The notes under the pieces: generated by a model
The model's database searches: none
Told to the model about the DNA's origin: nothing
What the model saw: the letters and a program-made list of their open reading frames with translations, nothing else
Position numbers and translations under genes: made by a program
Source: Spirochaetia bacterium
GTDB taxonomy: Bacteria > Spirochaetota > Spirochaetia > SZUA-6 > Bin103
Length of the DNA: 64,000 nt
NCBI GenBank assembly: GCA_965203905.1
Contig: CBDBDQ010000005.1
Coordinates: 5,920,001-5,984,000, forward strand
Direction: 5' to 3'
Shown: positions 38,186-47,593 of the stretch, one piece after another
Layout of the letters: each line of letters starts with the position of its first letter
Position numbering within the stretch: the first letter of the stretch is position 1

Positions 38186-39073
38186 CTAATGGCCACGTGC
38201 CGCCCGCCGCTCCCGCGCCTTGAAGAACCGCACCAGGTCGCGGGTCCAGCTCTGCTCGGTGTGAATCGGAATCTGGTCGATGCCGAGTCCGCGCAGCTGC
38301 GCCGCCAGCGCCTGCTGCCGCTCGTGACCGTGGCGCGCGTACTCCTCGCGCACCCGCCGGCTGGAGGTGTCCACCAGCACCCGCGAGCCGGTTTCCGCGT
38401 CCTGCAGCTCCAGCAGCCCGACCCGCGGCAGCGACAGCTCATGCGGATCGACGACCGAGGCGGCTATCAGGTCGTGACGCTTCACCGCGAGCCGCAGCTC
38501 GTTCTCGTATCCGGCGGCGAGAAAATCGGAGATCAGAAACACCGTGGCACGGCGGCGTTGCACGCGGCTGACGAAGCTGAGGGCGGCGCCGATGTCGGTG
38601 CCGCGGCGCCGCGGGGTGAAGAACAGCAGCTCGCGCACCAGGCGCAGGGCGTGGGTGGCGCCTTTCTTGGGCGGAATGAACAGCTCGATGACGTCGGTGA
38701 ACACCACCAGGCCGACCCGGTCGTGGTGGCGGATGGCGGAAAACGCGAGCAGAGCGGTGAGCTCGGCCGCCACCTCGGTCTTGCTCCTGGCCCCGGACCC
38801 GAACGCTCCCGAGGCGGACAGGTCCACCACGAACAGCACCGTCAGCTCGCGCTCCTCCACGTAGCGCTTCACGTAGGGGTGCCCCATGCGCGCGGTCACG
38901 TTCCAGTCGATGCTGCGAATCTCGTCGCCCGGCTGGTAGTCGCGCACCTCCTGAAACTCCATCCCCCGGCCACGGAACACGCTCGCGTACTCGCCGCCGA
39001 ACACCGTGTCCACGGCGCGCCGGGCGCGAATCTGGATGTAGCGTATCTGCCGCGCCAGCTCCGGGGAGATCAC
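38186..39073 (-). CDS. DUF58 family protein
   Basis: SVFRGRGMEF.EVRDYQPGDEIRSIDWNVTAR, VK.YVEERE, DLSAS, LISDF. Confidence 0.93.
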   Translation of the reverse strand: MISPELARQIRYIQIRARRAVDTVFGGEYASVFRGRGMEFQEVRDYQPGDEIRSIDWNVTARMGHPYVKRYVEERELTVLFVVDLSASGAFGSGARSKTEVAAELTALLAFSAIRHHDRVGLVVFTDVIELFIPPKKGATHALRLVRELLFFTPRRRGTDIGAALSFVSRVQRRRATVFLISDFLAAGYENELRLAVKRHDLIAASVVDPHELSLPRVGLLELQDAETGSRVLVDTSSRRVREEYARHGHERQQALAAQLRGLGIDQIPIHTEQSWTRDLVRFFKARERRAARGH

Positions 39074-40053
39074 GGCACCGGAACAGCGTCCAGAATCACG
39101 CCGACCAGGTCGTCGGCGGTGCGTTCCTCAGCCTCCGCTTCGTAGCTCACGATGACCCGGTGGCGGAGCACGTCCGGCGCCATCGTCTTGACGTCCTGCG
39201 GAGTCACGTAGCCGCGTCCGTGCAGCAGGGCGTAGGCCTTGGCGGCCAGGGTGAGGTAGATCGTGGCACGCGGCGAGGCGCCGTACTCGATCAGCCCATC
39301 CAGCTCCAGGCCGACGTGCGCCGGTTCCCGGGTGGCGTACACCACGTCCACGACGTACTCCTCCACCTTCTCATCCATGTAGATGCGTTCCACGAGGCCG
39401 CGCAGGCGCTCGAAGTCGGCGGGCTGCAGCACCGCCTCGACCTGCGCCTGGGTCGCGGTGCGCGCCATCTGGCGCAGGATGCGCAGCTCCTCGTCACGAC
39501 TGGGATAGGTAACCCGCAGCTTGAGCATGAAGCGGTCCACCTGCGCCTCGGGCAGAGGATAGGTCCCCTCCTGCTCGATGGGATTCTGGGTGGCCAGCAC
39601 CATGAACGGATCGTCGAGGGGGTGACTCTCGTCGCCGATGGTCACCTGCCGCTCCTGCATCGCCTCCAGCAGCGCACTCTGCACCTTGGCGGGGGCGCGG
39701 TTGATCTCGTCGGCGAGGATGATGTTGGCGAAGATCGGTCCGCGCCGGGTGGTGAACTCGCCGCTGCCCGGGTGGTACACCAGGGTACCGATCAGGTCCG
39801 CGGGAAGCAGGTCGGGGGTGAACTGGATGCGTCGGAAGCGGGCGTCGATCGCCTGCGCCAGGGTCGTGATCGACAGCGTCTTGGCCAGACCCGGCACCCC
39901 TTCCACCAACAGGTGCGCGTTGCACAGCAACCCGATCTGCAGCCGCTCGATCAGGTAACTCTGCCCGACGATCACCTGCTCCAGTTGCCGCCGCACCTCC
40001 TGCAACAAGCGGCTCTCGCGTTCCACCTCGGTGCCGATCTGCCTGACGTCCAC
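39070..40053 (-). CDS. moxR: MoxR-family AAA+ ATPase
   Basis: EGVPGLAKT, RIQFTPDLLPAD, ADEINRAPAKVQSALLEAM, ATQNPIEQEGTYPLPEAQVDRF, GASPR. Confidence 0.96.
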   Translation of the reverse strand: MDVRQIGTEVERESRLLQEVRRQLEQVIVGQSYLIERLQIGLLCNAHLLVEGVPGLAKTLSITTLAQAIDARFRRIQFTPDLLPADLIGTLVYHPGSGEFTTRRGPIFANIILADEINRAPAKVQSALLEAMQERQVTIGDESHPLDDPFMVLATQNPIEQEGTYPLPEAQVDRFMLKLRVTYPSRDEELRILRQMARTATQAQVEAVLQPADFERLRGLVERIYMDEKVEEYVVDVVYATREPAHVGLELDGLIEYGASPRATIYLTLAAKAYALLHGRGYVTPQDVKTMAPDVLRHRVIVSYEAEAEERTADDLVGVILDAVPVP

Positions 40054-40334
40054 TGCTGTTCTTCCTGGCGTGGTCCGAGCCGGTGCGGCGGACGGTCACC
40101 GTCGCCGCCGCCAATCCCGGCCCTGCCTCTGTATTCGTATTGACGCAGGCCGGAGAGCACGTCGGCTCGGGCCCACATTTCGAATGTAGTGGACACCACA
40201 AACCGAAATCAACAGCGGCGGCCACCCGCGGCCGGACCATCCCACGCTGCGCGACAAGCCGGCTGCAGTTCGTTACTCCCGTTGCCCTCGGACCGCCACC
40301 CCGACGGCCCAACTCGCACCCTGGCAAGCGCCGA

Positions 40335-41906
40335 TCACGTAGCCCCGTCTGGCGTCGGTCGGTACTCCCGATGCCGGAAGCGGTTATGCGCAGCGCAATA
40401 TACACGGAGATTCTCCGGCTCCGCGCTGCCGCCGAGCGCGAAGGGAACGATATGGTCGAGCTCCAGCAGGAAGCGGGACCCGCAACGCCGCCCGCTGTGC
40501 GGATCGACGTAACTGCAGCAGCCGCCGTCGCGGCGCCACACCTCGCGCCGCACTGGTGCCGGAATGTACCGGGATCGGGGCGCCCGGTGGGGCGGCTGCG
40601 CGCTGCCTGCGGACGGGCCGGCTGCCGCCGCCTGCGGCCGCGAACGGCCATCGAGCTGCGCCGCCCCTGCCCGCTTCGCTGGCGAAGGAGCGTGGCGGCC
40701 GCAATCCGCCGCTGCCGGCGCGGTCGGCATGCTTTGGTCCGCCGGCGGCGTCGGTACGGTGGCGTGGGCCCCACAACCAGCCACCAACTGCGCCGCCGAA
40801 GGAGCGGTGCCGGGCGCCGCCACCGCTGGCTTGCCACGCACCGGGGTGATGCTGCCGCCAGTCTCGCGCCCCGACGGCGGCGCGGACAGCACTGCCACCG
40901 CCGAGGTGCCGGCGTGGCCAATCCCGCGCGCGGGTTCCTCTGCGGACAGCGCTGCCGGCGCCGGGGTGTTGCCGCCGGCGCTCGTGCCTTCCGGCGGCGT
41001 CGGAACTCCGGGTTGCTCTTGCGCGCCCCGCTTCGCCGGCGAAGTCGCTCCGCCTGCCGGCCCTTGCTGCGGCTTCGGCTCCGGCGCCTGGCCCGCGCTT
41101 GCCTCCCGGCTCCCGCCTCTGCGACCGCGCGGCGGTCGCCCCGGGTCGTAGCGCTGCAGGCCGTCCTGCACCAGCCGCTCCACCAGTTGCCCCAGCGTCA
41201 GGTGCGGGTCGACGTGCGACAGCAGTGCCCGTAGCTGCTCGATCCCGCGCTGACAGGCAGAGTCGATCTCCACTTTCAGCTCCCAGCGGTCCTCGCCCAG
41301 CGCCCTTATGCGATCAGCAGGGCGCGCCAGCTCGGGAGCCACCCCGGCCAACAACTGCTTCACCTCGCGGGTGCTCTTGCCGCTCGCCTGCGCCACCAGC
41401 TCCTGCCGCTGCGCCGCGTCCAGCGCCGGCACCGGTCGCGCTGGCGTCGCTGCCCCGGCCCCCAAAGCCCCCGCCTCCGGCGCCGTCCCCGTGCCGCCCG
41501 GCAGCAGCTCCGGGGCCGCGGGTGCGGAGCCGGAGTCCACGGCGGTGGTGGCTGTGCGCTGCAGGAGATCGAAGGTGTTCTGCAACTGCGCCGCCGCGCT
41601 CAGGGAGAGCGAGCCGTCCTGCAGCCGCTCGCGTGTCCCGGCGGTCTCGGAGCACAGGTGCATAGCCTTTATGCGGCGCCACGCGGCGCCTTCGCTGTAG
41701 CCCAGCTCGCGGACGGCGTAGTCGAACAGGCTGGAGAACCCGAGGCGCAGGTGCAGGTGGCGGGCGTGGATCTCGCGCAGGTGGTCGAGGACGGCGAGCT
41801 GCAGCGCCTGCTCATGCAGGACGAGGGACCTGGTGTGCGCCAGCAGCACCTGGTCGGGGAGCCCGGAGAGCGAGGAGGAGAAGCCGGTAGGGATCGCGGC
41901 AGCCAT
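40335..41906 (-). CDS. HNH endonuclease with DUF222-like N-terminal helical domain and long Ala/Pro-rich linker
   Basis: N-terminal HLREIHARHLHLRLGFSSLFDYAVRELGYSEGAAWRRI; C-terminal RYIPAPVRREVWRRDGGCC..RC...LELDHIVPFALGG..ENLRVYCAAHN. Confidence 0.88.
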   Translation of the reverse strand: MAAAIPTGFSSSLSGLPDQVLLAHTRSLVLHEQALQLAVLDHLREIHARHLHLRLGFSSLFDYAVRELGYSEGAAWRRIKAMHLCSETAGTRERLQDGSLSLSAAAQLQNTFDLLQRTATTAVDSGSAPAAPELLPGGTGTAPEAGALGAGAATPARPVPALDAAQRQELVAQASGKSTREVKQLLAGVAPELARPADRIRALGEDRWELKVEIDSACQRGIEQLRALLSHVDPHLTLGQLVERLVQDGLQRYDPGRPPRGRRGGSREASAGQAPEPKPQQGPAGGATSPAKRGAQEQPGVPTPPEGTSAGGNTPAPAALSAEEPARGIGHAGTSAVAVLSAPPSGRETGGSITPVRGKPAVAAPGTAPSAAQLVAGCGAHATVPTPPADQSMPTAPAAADCGRHAPSPAKRAGAAQLDGRSRPQAAAAGPSAGSAQPPHRAPRSRYIPAPVRREVWRRDGGCCSYVDPHSGRRCGSRFLLELDHIVPFALGGSAEPENLRVYCAAHNRFRHREYRPTPDGAT

Positions 41907-42354
41907 GGCGTAAATATAATCATGGCTGATAAATGACCGGTTTCTGCAAGTCCCGGGACGGGCACCTGGAAGGGCTCAGGCCGGCGCTGGCGGGGTGCTG
42001 GCGGGCCTGGAGGGCGCGGGGGGATGCTCGAAGGGGCGGAGGGGCCGGAACGTGCGGCAGGGGGCCGTCATGAGCAGCGCCAAACCCGTCAAGTGCTCAG
42101 CGCATATTTTTCGCACAAATCCTGTAGCGCGTGCGCCGACGTGGCCGCAACGCATCGGCGGACCGGATGGCGGCAACCGCTTATTCCTGGACACACCGTA
42201 CAGCGAACGAAACCACGCACCTGAAAGCGGCGATCAGGCAGGTCGCCACACGGGATGCAGACATCGTTCAACAGAGGATGGTCCTGCACCCGCGGCGCGC
42301 CAGTCCCTGTGATGCCCGGTGGACGCCGTGCCCCCAGCCATGCTTGTGTGAGGC

Positions 42355-43374
42355 ATGGAAACTGCGACAGTAGGCCGTACCGGGGTTCAGGTCACGCCGC
42401 TGGGATTCGGTTGCGCACCGATCGGCGACCTGTTCGTCGCGGTGGGCGAAAGCGGCGCCCGCCAGGTGCTGCAGGCGGCGTGGGATGCCGGCATCCGCTA
42501 CTACGATACCTCTCCCTTCTACGGTCACGGGAAGAGCGAGCACCGGCTCGGGGAGTTCCTGCGCGGGCTGCCGCGCGACCGGTTCACGGTCTCCACCAAG
42601 GTGGGCCGGGTGCTGCGGCCGACCACCGACCGCAGCCGCCTGAGCCAGGAGTACTGGCACCAGCCGCTCCCGTTCACGCTGCACTTCGACTACACCTACG
42701 ACGGCATCATGCGCTCCTACGAGGACAGCCTGCAGCGTCTGGGCCTGGGTTCGGTCGAGCTGCTGGTGATCCACGACCTCGACCTGCTGTTCCATCCCCC
42801 CGAACGGATGGCGGCGCTGCAGATCGAGCTGGCCACCAGCGGCTGGCGCGCGCTGGAGGAACTGCGCAGCAGCGGCGCGGTACGCGGCGTCGGCGCCGGC
42901 ATCAACTCCGTCGGGCTGATTCCCCGCTTCCTCGACCTGCTGGACCTGGACTTCTTTCTCGTCGCCCAGGACTACAACCTGCTCGACCACGACGTCCTGG
43001 ACCAGGACTTCCCGCGCTGCGAGGCCGCCGGCGTGGCGATCATCGTCGGCGCCCTGTTCGCCTCCGGCATCCTGGCCACCGGCGGCCGTGGCGGTGCCAC
43101 CTACCGCTACGCCGAGCCCCCGCCCGAGGTGCTGCAGCGGGTGCAGGCCATGGAAGCGGTCTGCCGCCGCCACGGCGTCGACCTGGCCACCGCCGCGGTG
43201 CAGTTCCCCCTCGCCCATCCGCTGGTTGCCGCGGCGATCCCCGGCGCCACCCGCCCCGAGTACGTCACCGGCAACGTGCAGCGGCTGCAGACCCCGGTGC
43301 CCGCCGACCTGTGGGCCGAGCTGAAGAGCGAAGGCCTGCTGCGCCCCGACGCACCGGTGCCGGGAAGCAAGTGA
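42355..43374 (+). CDS. Aldo/keto reductase (aldose dehydrogenase-like)
   Basis: LGFGCAPIG, DTSPFYG..SE, STKVGR, SLQRLG, IHD, IPGA. Confidence 0.93.
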   Translation: METATVGRTGVQVTPLGFGCAPIGDLFVAVGESGARQVLQAAWDAGIRYYDTSPFYGHGKSEHRLGEFLRGLPRDRFTVSTKVGRVLRPTTDRSRLSQEYWHQPLPFTLHFDYTYDGIMRSYEDSLQRLGLGSVELLVIHDLDLLFHPPERMAALQIELATSGWRALEELRSSGAVRGVGAGINSVGLIPRFLDLLDLDFFLVAQDYNLLDHDVLDQDFPRCEAAGVAIIVGALFASGILATGGRGGATYRYAEPPPEVLQRVQAMEAVCRRHGVDLATAAVQFPLAHPLVAAAIPGATRPEYVTGNVQRLQTPVPADLWAELKSEGLLRPDAPVPGSK

Positions 43375-44594
43375 TGACGCGCGAGTTCCATGAATTGATC
43401 GAGCGCGCTAATGAGTTGCATAAGAGACACCGCGTCGGGGAACATGAAGACGGCTTTAACGTCTTTTCGGTACTTCTTAACGAAACCGACGAAGTGAATC
43501 TCCATTCTAAGTTCATTGCAGCATTGTTACAGCACAATCCTTATACAACAGCCGGGAACCTTGATGAATTCTTACGTCAAGTACTTGGAATCAACGGTTT
43601 TGACCGCACGCGCGCGACTATTCGGAGAGAGTACCTCGATATCGATATTCTAATAAGTAACGTAGCCAGCAGACAAGCAATCGTTATCGAAAACAAGATC
43701 CTCGCTGAAGATCAGCAAGAGCAATTGATTCGATACCACCAAGCATTAAAATCACAGGGATTCTCCGAAATATATCTTGTATATCTTACTCTCGACGGGC
43801 GAGCACCATCGAGCCAAAGTGTTGGTGACCTAACGTGTAAACGAATCTCCTACAAGGATGACATTTTGCCTTGGTTGAAGTACTGCCAACAACGCGCTCA
43901 GAATATACCATCGCTGCGTGAAACGATAGCTCAATATATACGAACCGTCAAGGTATTAGCCGGTACGAACAGAGAGGGAGTTTATATGCATGACTTGAGT
44001 GAATTGTGTCTTCAGGATGACAACCTTCTTCTCGTCCATGATTTGAACCAGGCGGCGAAGCAGGCACGAATTCGATTGCTTCGCTGTCTTTGGGTGGAAA
44101 TAGAGGATGCCCTGCACCGTGCGATACCTGGAATCTCTAAGGGATCATGGACGGTCGTAATGCAGGGAAACCCAGTTGCTACTGGGGAACCAACAGATGG
44201 CCCAGATCTTGTACGATTCCTAGACAAACAAGGAGCGGAGTTGGTCCTTAGGTTTCCGTTATCGGAAGTCTTTGGCGCAGGAATTGGTGCCGATAAGGCG
44301 GGGACGACGTACTTCGGAGTGTACTGCCATCAAAATCATCAAGAACAGCACGAACGCCTTCGGTTAACATTCGGTTCCGTCAACAATAAGGATTCTAGTT
44401 ATCGTTGGCCTTGGTATCAGTATAGCGAAGAAAATCTAAGTCAGAAATACCCAACAAGGGAACAACTCATGATGCTATTGAGGCGCGACGAACGGTCTCG
44501 CCATGCAAATGAGATAGCGACAATCTTCAAAGACCTCGTTTGGGACAGACTCCCGACTGCCGAACAAATAAATCCGTTAATCGAGGACTTATGA
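43374..44594 (+). CDS. PD-(D/E)XK nuclease superfamily protein (PDDEXK_4-like) with unknown C-terminal domain
   Basis: FNVF...DEVNLHSKFIAALL...IDILI...IVIENKI.AEDQ..QL.RY...YLTL. ATG overlaps the AKR stop (TGATG); visibly lower GC than flanks. Confidence 0.85.
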   Translation: MTREFHELIERANELHKRHRVGEHEDGFNVFSVLLNETDEVNLHSKFIAALLQHNPYTTAGNLDEFLRQVLGINGFDRTRATIRREYLDIDILISNVASRQAIVIENKILAEDQQEQLIRYHQALKSQGFSEIYLVYLTLDGRAPSSQSVGDLTCKRISYKDDILPWLKYCQQRAQNIPSLRETIAQYIRTVKVLAGTNREGVYMHDLSELCLQDDNLLLVHDLNQAAKQARIRLLRCLWVEIEDALHRAIPGISKGSWTVVMQGNPVATGEPTDGPDLVRFLDKQGAELVLRFPLSEVFGAGIGADKAGTTYFGVYCHQNHQEQHERLRLTFGSVNNKDSSYRWPWYQYSEENLSQKYPTREQLMMLLRRDERSRHANEIATIFKDLVWDRLPTAEQINPLIEDL

Positions 44595-44992
44595 AGTTCG
44601 TAGAACTCATTGTACGAGCACCTTGGCGGGAGGCGGTGACCTACCGTGACACTTGGCCTCATGAGTATGTCATGGTGAAGAAGGACCGGCAGCAGGAGCT
44701 GTTCGAGGCCGTACGCGCACGGATGGCTGCCGGTGAAGGCTTGCAGGGTTGGTTCTTCAACTTCACCACGACCTATCTGTTCGTGGGCGAGTACAAGTAC
44801 TGGTTCATGACTCCACACGATCAGATCGATCTCGATGCCACGGAAGATGACTTTGTGCTGAACCGGGCGCGACTCTATCGTGACCGCCGCGACTTTCGCA
44901 TTCAGCCGGGCGATACCGGGCGGCCCGAGGACTACCCCGGCCCTCCACATCGGACTACGCCTCGACGGATTATGGAGGGAAGCAGTGGCTGA
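44591..44992 (+). CDS. Hypothetical protein (W..A.TY..WPHEY...Y.YW.M...LNR motif)
   Basis: ATGA overlap with the nuclease stop, GAGGA RBS, aromatic-rich globular-looking 133 aa. Confidence 0.75.
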   Translation: MKFVELIVRAPWREAVTYRDTWPHEYVMVKKDRQQELFEAVRARMAAGEGLQGWFFNFTTTYLFVGEYKYWFMTPHDQIDLDATEDDFVLNRARLYRDRRDFRIQPGDTGRPEDYPGPPHRTTPRRIMEGSSG

Positions 44993-46103
44993 CTCGGCAG
45001 AACGCAACATGATGGATTCACGTGATCGATGCCGCGGGACCATGGTTGGTCTTGCCGTAGGCAACCTCTTGGGTATACGCCAGGAAGGAGAACCTCGCGC
45101 ACTGCTCCGTCAGTGGTACCCCGAGGGAATCCGCGAGATCGAAGCGTCACCCGGTTACCCGGACGATGACGATCTTGCTCAGGCGATCATCCTTGCCGAG
45201 GCCAGCATCGCGGCTGAAGCGCTGGACGTGGAGGACCTCGCGCAGCGGTTCTGGGTCTGGGGCGAAGAAAACGGCCTCGGTATGGGCGGGCTTACGCACG
45301 AGGTGTTGGCTCGCTTCGGCGGAGCGCCGCCGGAACGGATGGCCAGAAACCGGGTGCTTTTTGGGGGAGCCGGTACGCGCGGCGCGAGACCAGTGCCACG
45401 TCAGCCGGCGGGTCGCCCTGCCCTTGACGCGGCTCGGGAGGTATGGGAGGAGTCAGGAGAAACGGCAGCGGGAAACGGTGCCGTCATGCGTTGTGCACCA
45501 GTCGCTATCCGCTGGATGTATGACGAGACCGAGTTGGTTCGGAATACCGTCGCGAGTGCAGTTGCTACGCACTACGACCCGCGCTGCGTGTGGTCCTCGG
45601 TGGTCGTGAACCTGTCCCTCGCAACGCTCTTGAAGGGAGCCGAGGTCGATGCGTCAGATCTCGTTCCTCGCGGTCGCAGCGCGATGGAAACGATCGGCGC
45701 GGCGCTGGCTCCGTTCGGGCACTCGGAAGACACCTTGGATGCTCCGGCAGAGGTACTGGACGCCATCCGTGGCACACCTGGGCCTGATCTCGGCGCGATG
45801 AAACTCGACGGTGGCGACATGGGCTACACCCTGAAAGCGATGCAGGTAGCTCTGTGGTGTGCTCGGGAAGCCAAGGACTTCGAGGAAGCCCTGATTGCCG
45901 TGGTCAGTGCCGGCGGCGACACCGATACCAACGGGGCGGTTGCGGGGGCAGTGCTGGGCGCCCGTTTTGGCAACGGCGCGATTCCGTCTCGCTGGAAGGA
46001 ACGTGTCGCAACGCTTCGCGCAGGCCGGGTACCGATGAAGGATTGGGCCGACCTCATCCTGGCGGCGGCAGCGAAGCATATCCCCGACGCTCCTGGGCGC
46101 TGA
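44985..46103 (+). CDS. ADP-ribosylglycohydrolase (DraG/ARH family)
   Basis: GLAVGNLLG..E, DDDD.AQA, AGNGAVMRCAP, TH, GGDTDTNGAVAGAVLGA..G..IP..W; GTG start with GGAGGG RBS overlapping the upstream gene. Confidence 0.92.
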   Translation: MADSAERNMMDSRDRCRGTMVGLAVGNLLGIRQEGEPRALLRQWYPEGIREIEASPGYPDDDDLAQAIILAEASIAAEALDVEDLAQRFWVWGEENGLGMGGLTHEVLARFGGAPPERMARNRVLFGGAGTRGARPVPRQPAGRPALDAAREVWEESGETAAGNGAVMRCAPVAIRWMYDETELVRNTVASAVATHYDPRCVWSSVVVNLSLATLLKGAEVDASDLVPRGRSAMETIGAALAPFGHSEDTLDAPAEVLDAIRGTPGPDLGAMKLDGGDMGYTLKAMQVALWCAREAKDFEEALIAVVSAGGDTDTNGAVAGAVLGARFGNGAIPSRWKERVATLRAGRVPMKDWADLILAAAAKHIPDAPGR

Positions 46104-46142
46104 CTATCGACCTCGGTCGCCGATGGATGCCCGCTGTGAGCC

Positions 46143-46922
46143 TCAGCCGGCCTCGTCGGGTGGGCGGATCCAGAAGTGTTCCAGATGGTAGGTGGGTTGC
46201 CAGCCGAGAATGCGGCCGGTCTTTTCACTGGAAAACTTGGTGTGGGGAGTGGGCGGGAACACGAAGAAGGTCTCGCAACGTGAGGGAAGCCGGACCAGTT
46301 CCACCTCCAACGCGGCCCGGATGGCGCTGCCGACATCGGGCCAGGCGACGAAGAAGGGTTGCTCCAGGTCCTGCCCCAACTGCAGCCTGGGTCCGGTGTT
46401 GTCCGGCCTCAGCCACCAGCTTCCCGGCACCCGCATCCCCATGAACAGCAGGGTCTGCACGAACAGGTCGTGGTTCTCGCTGAACACGCGCAGCACCTCC
46501 TGGCCGAGGGCCTTGGTCAGCGCATACAGCCGGGTCCCGGGCGCCGGGGGCATGTCCGGGCTGAGGGCGAAGTCCCACTCCTCGTACTGCGGCCCGGCGA
46601 CCTGAAAGTGGGGACCGGTGTTGACGATGCGGCGAATGCCGTGGCGCACCGCGGCCACGGCCAGGTTGTAGTTTCCGCGCAGGCTGACCGCGAACGCCTG
46701 CCGGTTCTCCTCGCGCAGCACCGACAGGTTGATGATGGCGTCCATCCCCTTGGCCGCGTCCACCACGCCGTCGAGGTCGGCCACGTCCAGATGCCGGTAC
46801 TCGTGCGAGAACCCGGCCGGCGGGTCGTTGATGTCGGTGACGCGCAGCGTGTGACGGCCTTCGAGCGCCGCCACCGCCCAGGGGCCCATTATGCCGTTGC
46901 CGCCCAGGATCAGCACCTTCAC
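46143..46922 (-). CDS. NAD-dependent epimerase/dehydratase (uronate dehydrogenase-like)
   Basis: ILGGNGIMG, YALTK, ILGWQP. Confidence 0.85.
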   Translation of the reverse strand: MKVLILGGNGIMGPWAVAALEGRHTLRVTDINDPPAGFSHEYRHLDVADLDGVVDAAKGMDAIINLSVLREENRQAFAVSLRGNYNLAVAAVRHGIRRIVNTGPHFQVAGPQYEEWDFALSPDMPPAPGTRLYALTKALGQEVLRVFSENHDLFVQTLLFMGMRVPGSWWLRPDNTGPRLQLGQDLEQPFFVAWPDVGSAIRAALEVELVRLPSRCETFFVFPPTPHTKFSSEKTGRILGWQPTYHLEHFWIRPPDEAG

Positions 46923-47593
46923 AGCTCACCTCCGGCTGCAGTCGTTGCGGGGAACCCCAGCACCTGCTCCGCCGCCCGCATCAGGTAGCGGGCTCCCGGC
47001 AGTGGCGACTGCACGTGTAGTTCCTGCCACTGTGCCAGCTCGGCCCGCAGCGCGGCGGCCACGGCGGTCACCGCATCCTCCGAGGCGATCGCCGCCGATC
47101 CGTGCTCGTCGTTGAGGGCGCTGCGGGGGCCGATCACTTCCGGGAAGCCCAGGCGCAGGGTTGCGACCTGCAGCAGGCGGTCGCGGGCCACCTCCTTGGC
47201 CACCACCTCGCCCAGGTGGCAGGCAAGCAGCGCGGGGTCGCCGCTCGGCGGCCGCGAGCGCCACTTTTCGGTGACCGCGAGGTGGGCCGGCAGCGCCGCC
47301 AGCAGGCGTAGCGTGCTCACGAAGACACAGCGCTCGACGCCGGCCTCCGCGGCCGCCAGCAGCAGGTTGTAGGTGCGGCGGGTGGCGTGGTCGAGCAGCT
47401 CGCTCGCATTGCCGTCGGAGCGCGGGTAGCCGAAGTGGACCACGGCGCGCACGTCCTGCACCAGGGCGGCGGTGGCCGAGCCGGGCTCCAGCGGCTCGTC
47501 CCGGCGCGTGCGCCGCACCTCGTGCTCCGCCTCCAGGCCGGTGGCGACGGCCCCGGCAAGGGGAGTGTCGCTATTGGTAACCAGAACTGTCAT
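46919..47593 (-). CDS. Degenerate NAD-dependent epimerase/dehydratase-fold protein
   Basis: VLVT, AVVH, TYNLLLAAAEAGVERCVFVST, LRLG; Gly-rich loop and YxxxK are not intact. Confidence 0.7.
   Translation of the reverse strand: MTVLVTNSDTPLAGAVATGLEAEHEVRRTRRDEPLEPGSATAALVQDVRAVVHFGYPRSDGNASELLDHATRRTYNLLLAAAEAGVERCVFVSTLRLLAALPAHLAVTEKWRSRPPSGDPALLACHLGEVVAKEVARDRLLQVATLRLGFPEVIGPRSALNDEHGSAAIASEDAVTAVAAALRAELAQWQELHVQSPLPGARYLMRAAEQVLGFPATTAAGGEL

Noticed and set aside
42255-44594. 779-aa ORF as a single fusion protein
   Set aside because: The N-terminal half is an off-frame shadow of the aldo-keto reductase; the real nuclease begins at ATG 43374.
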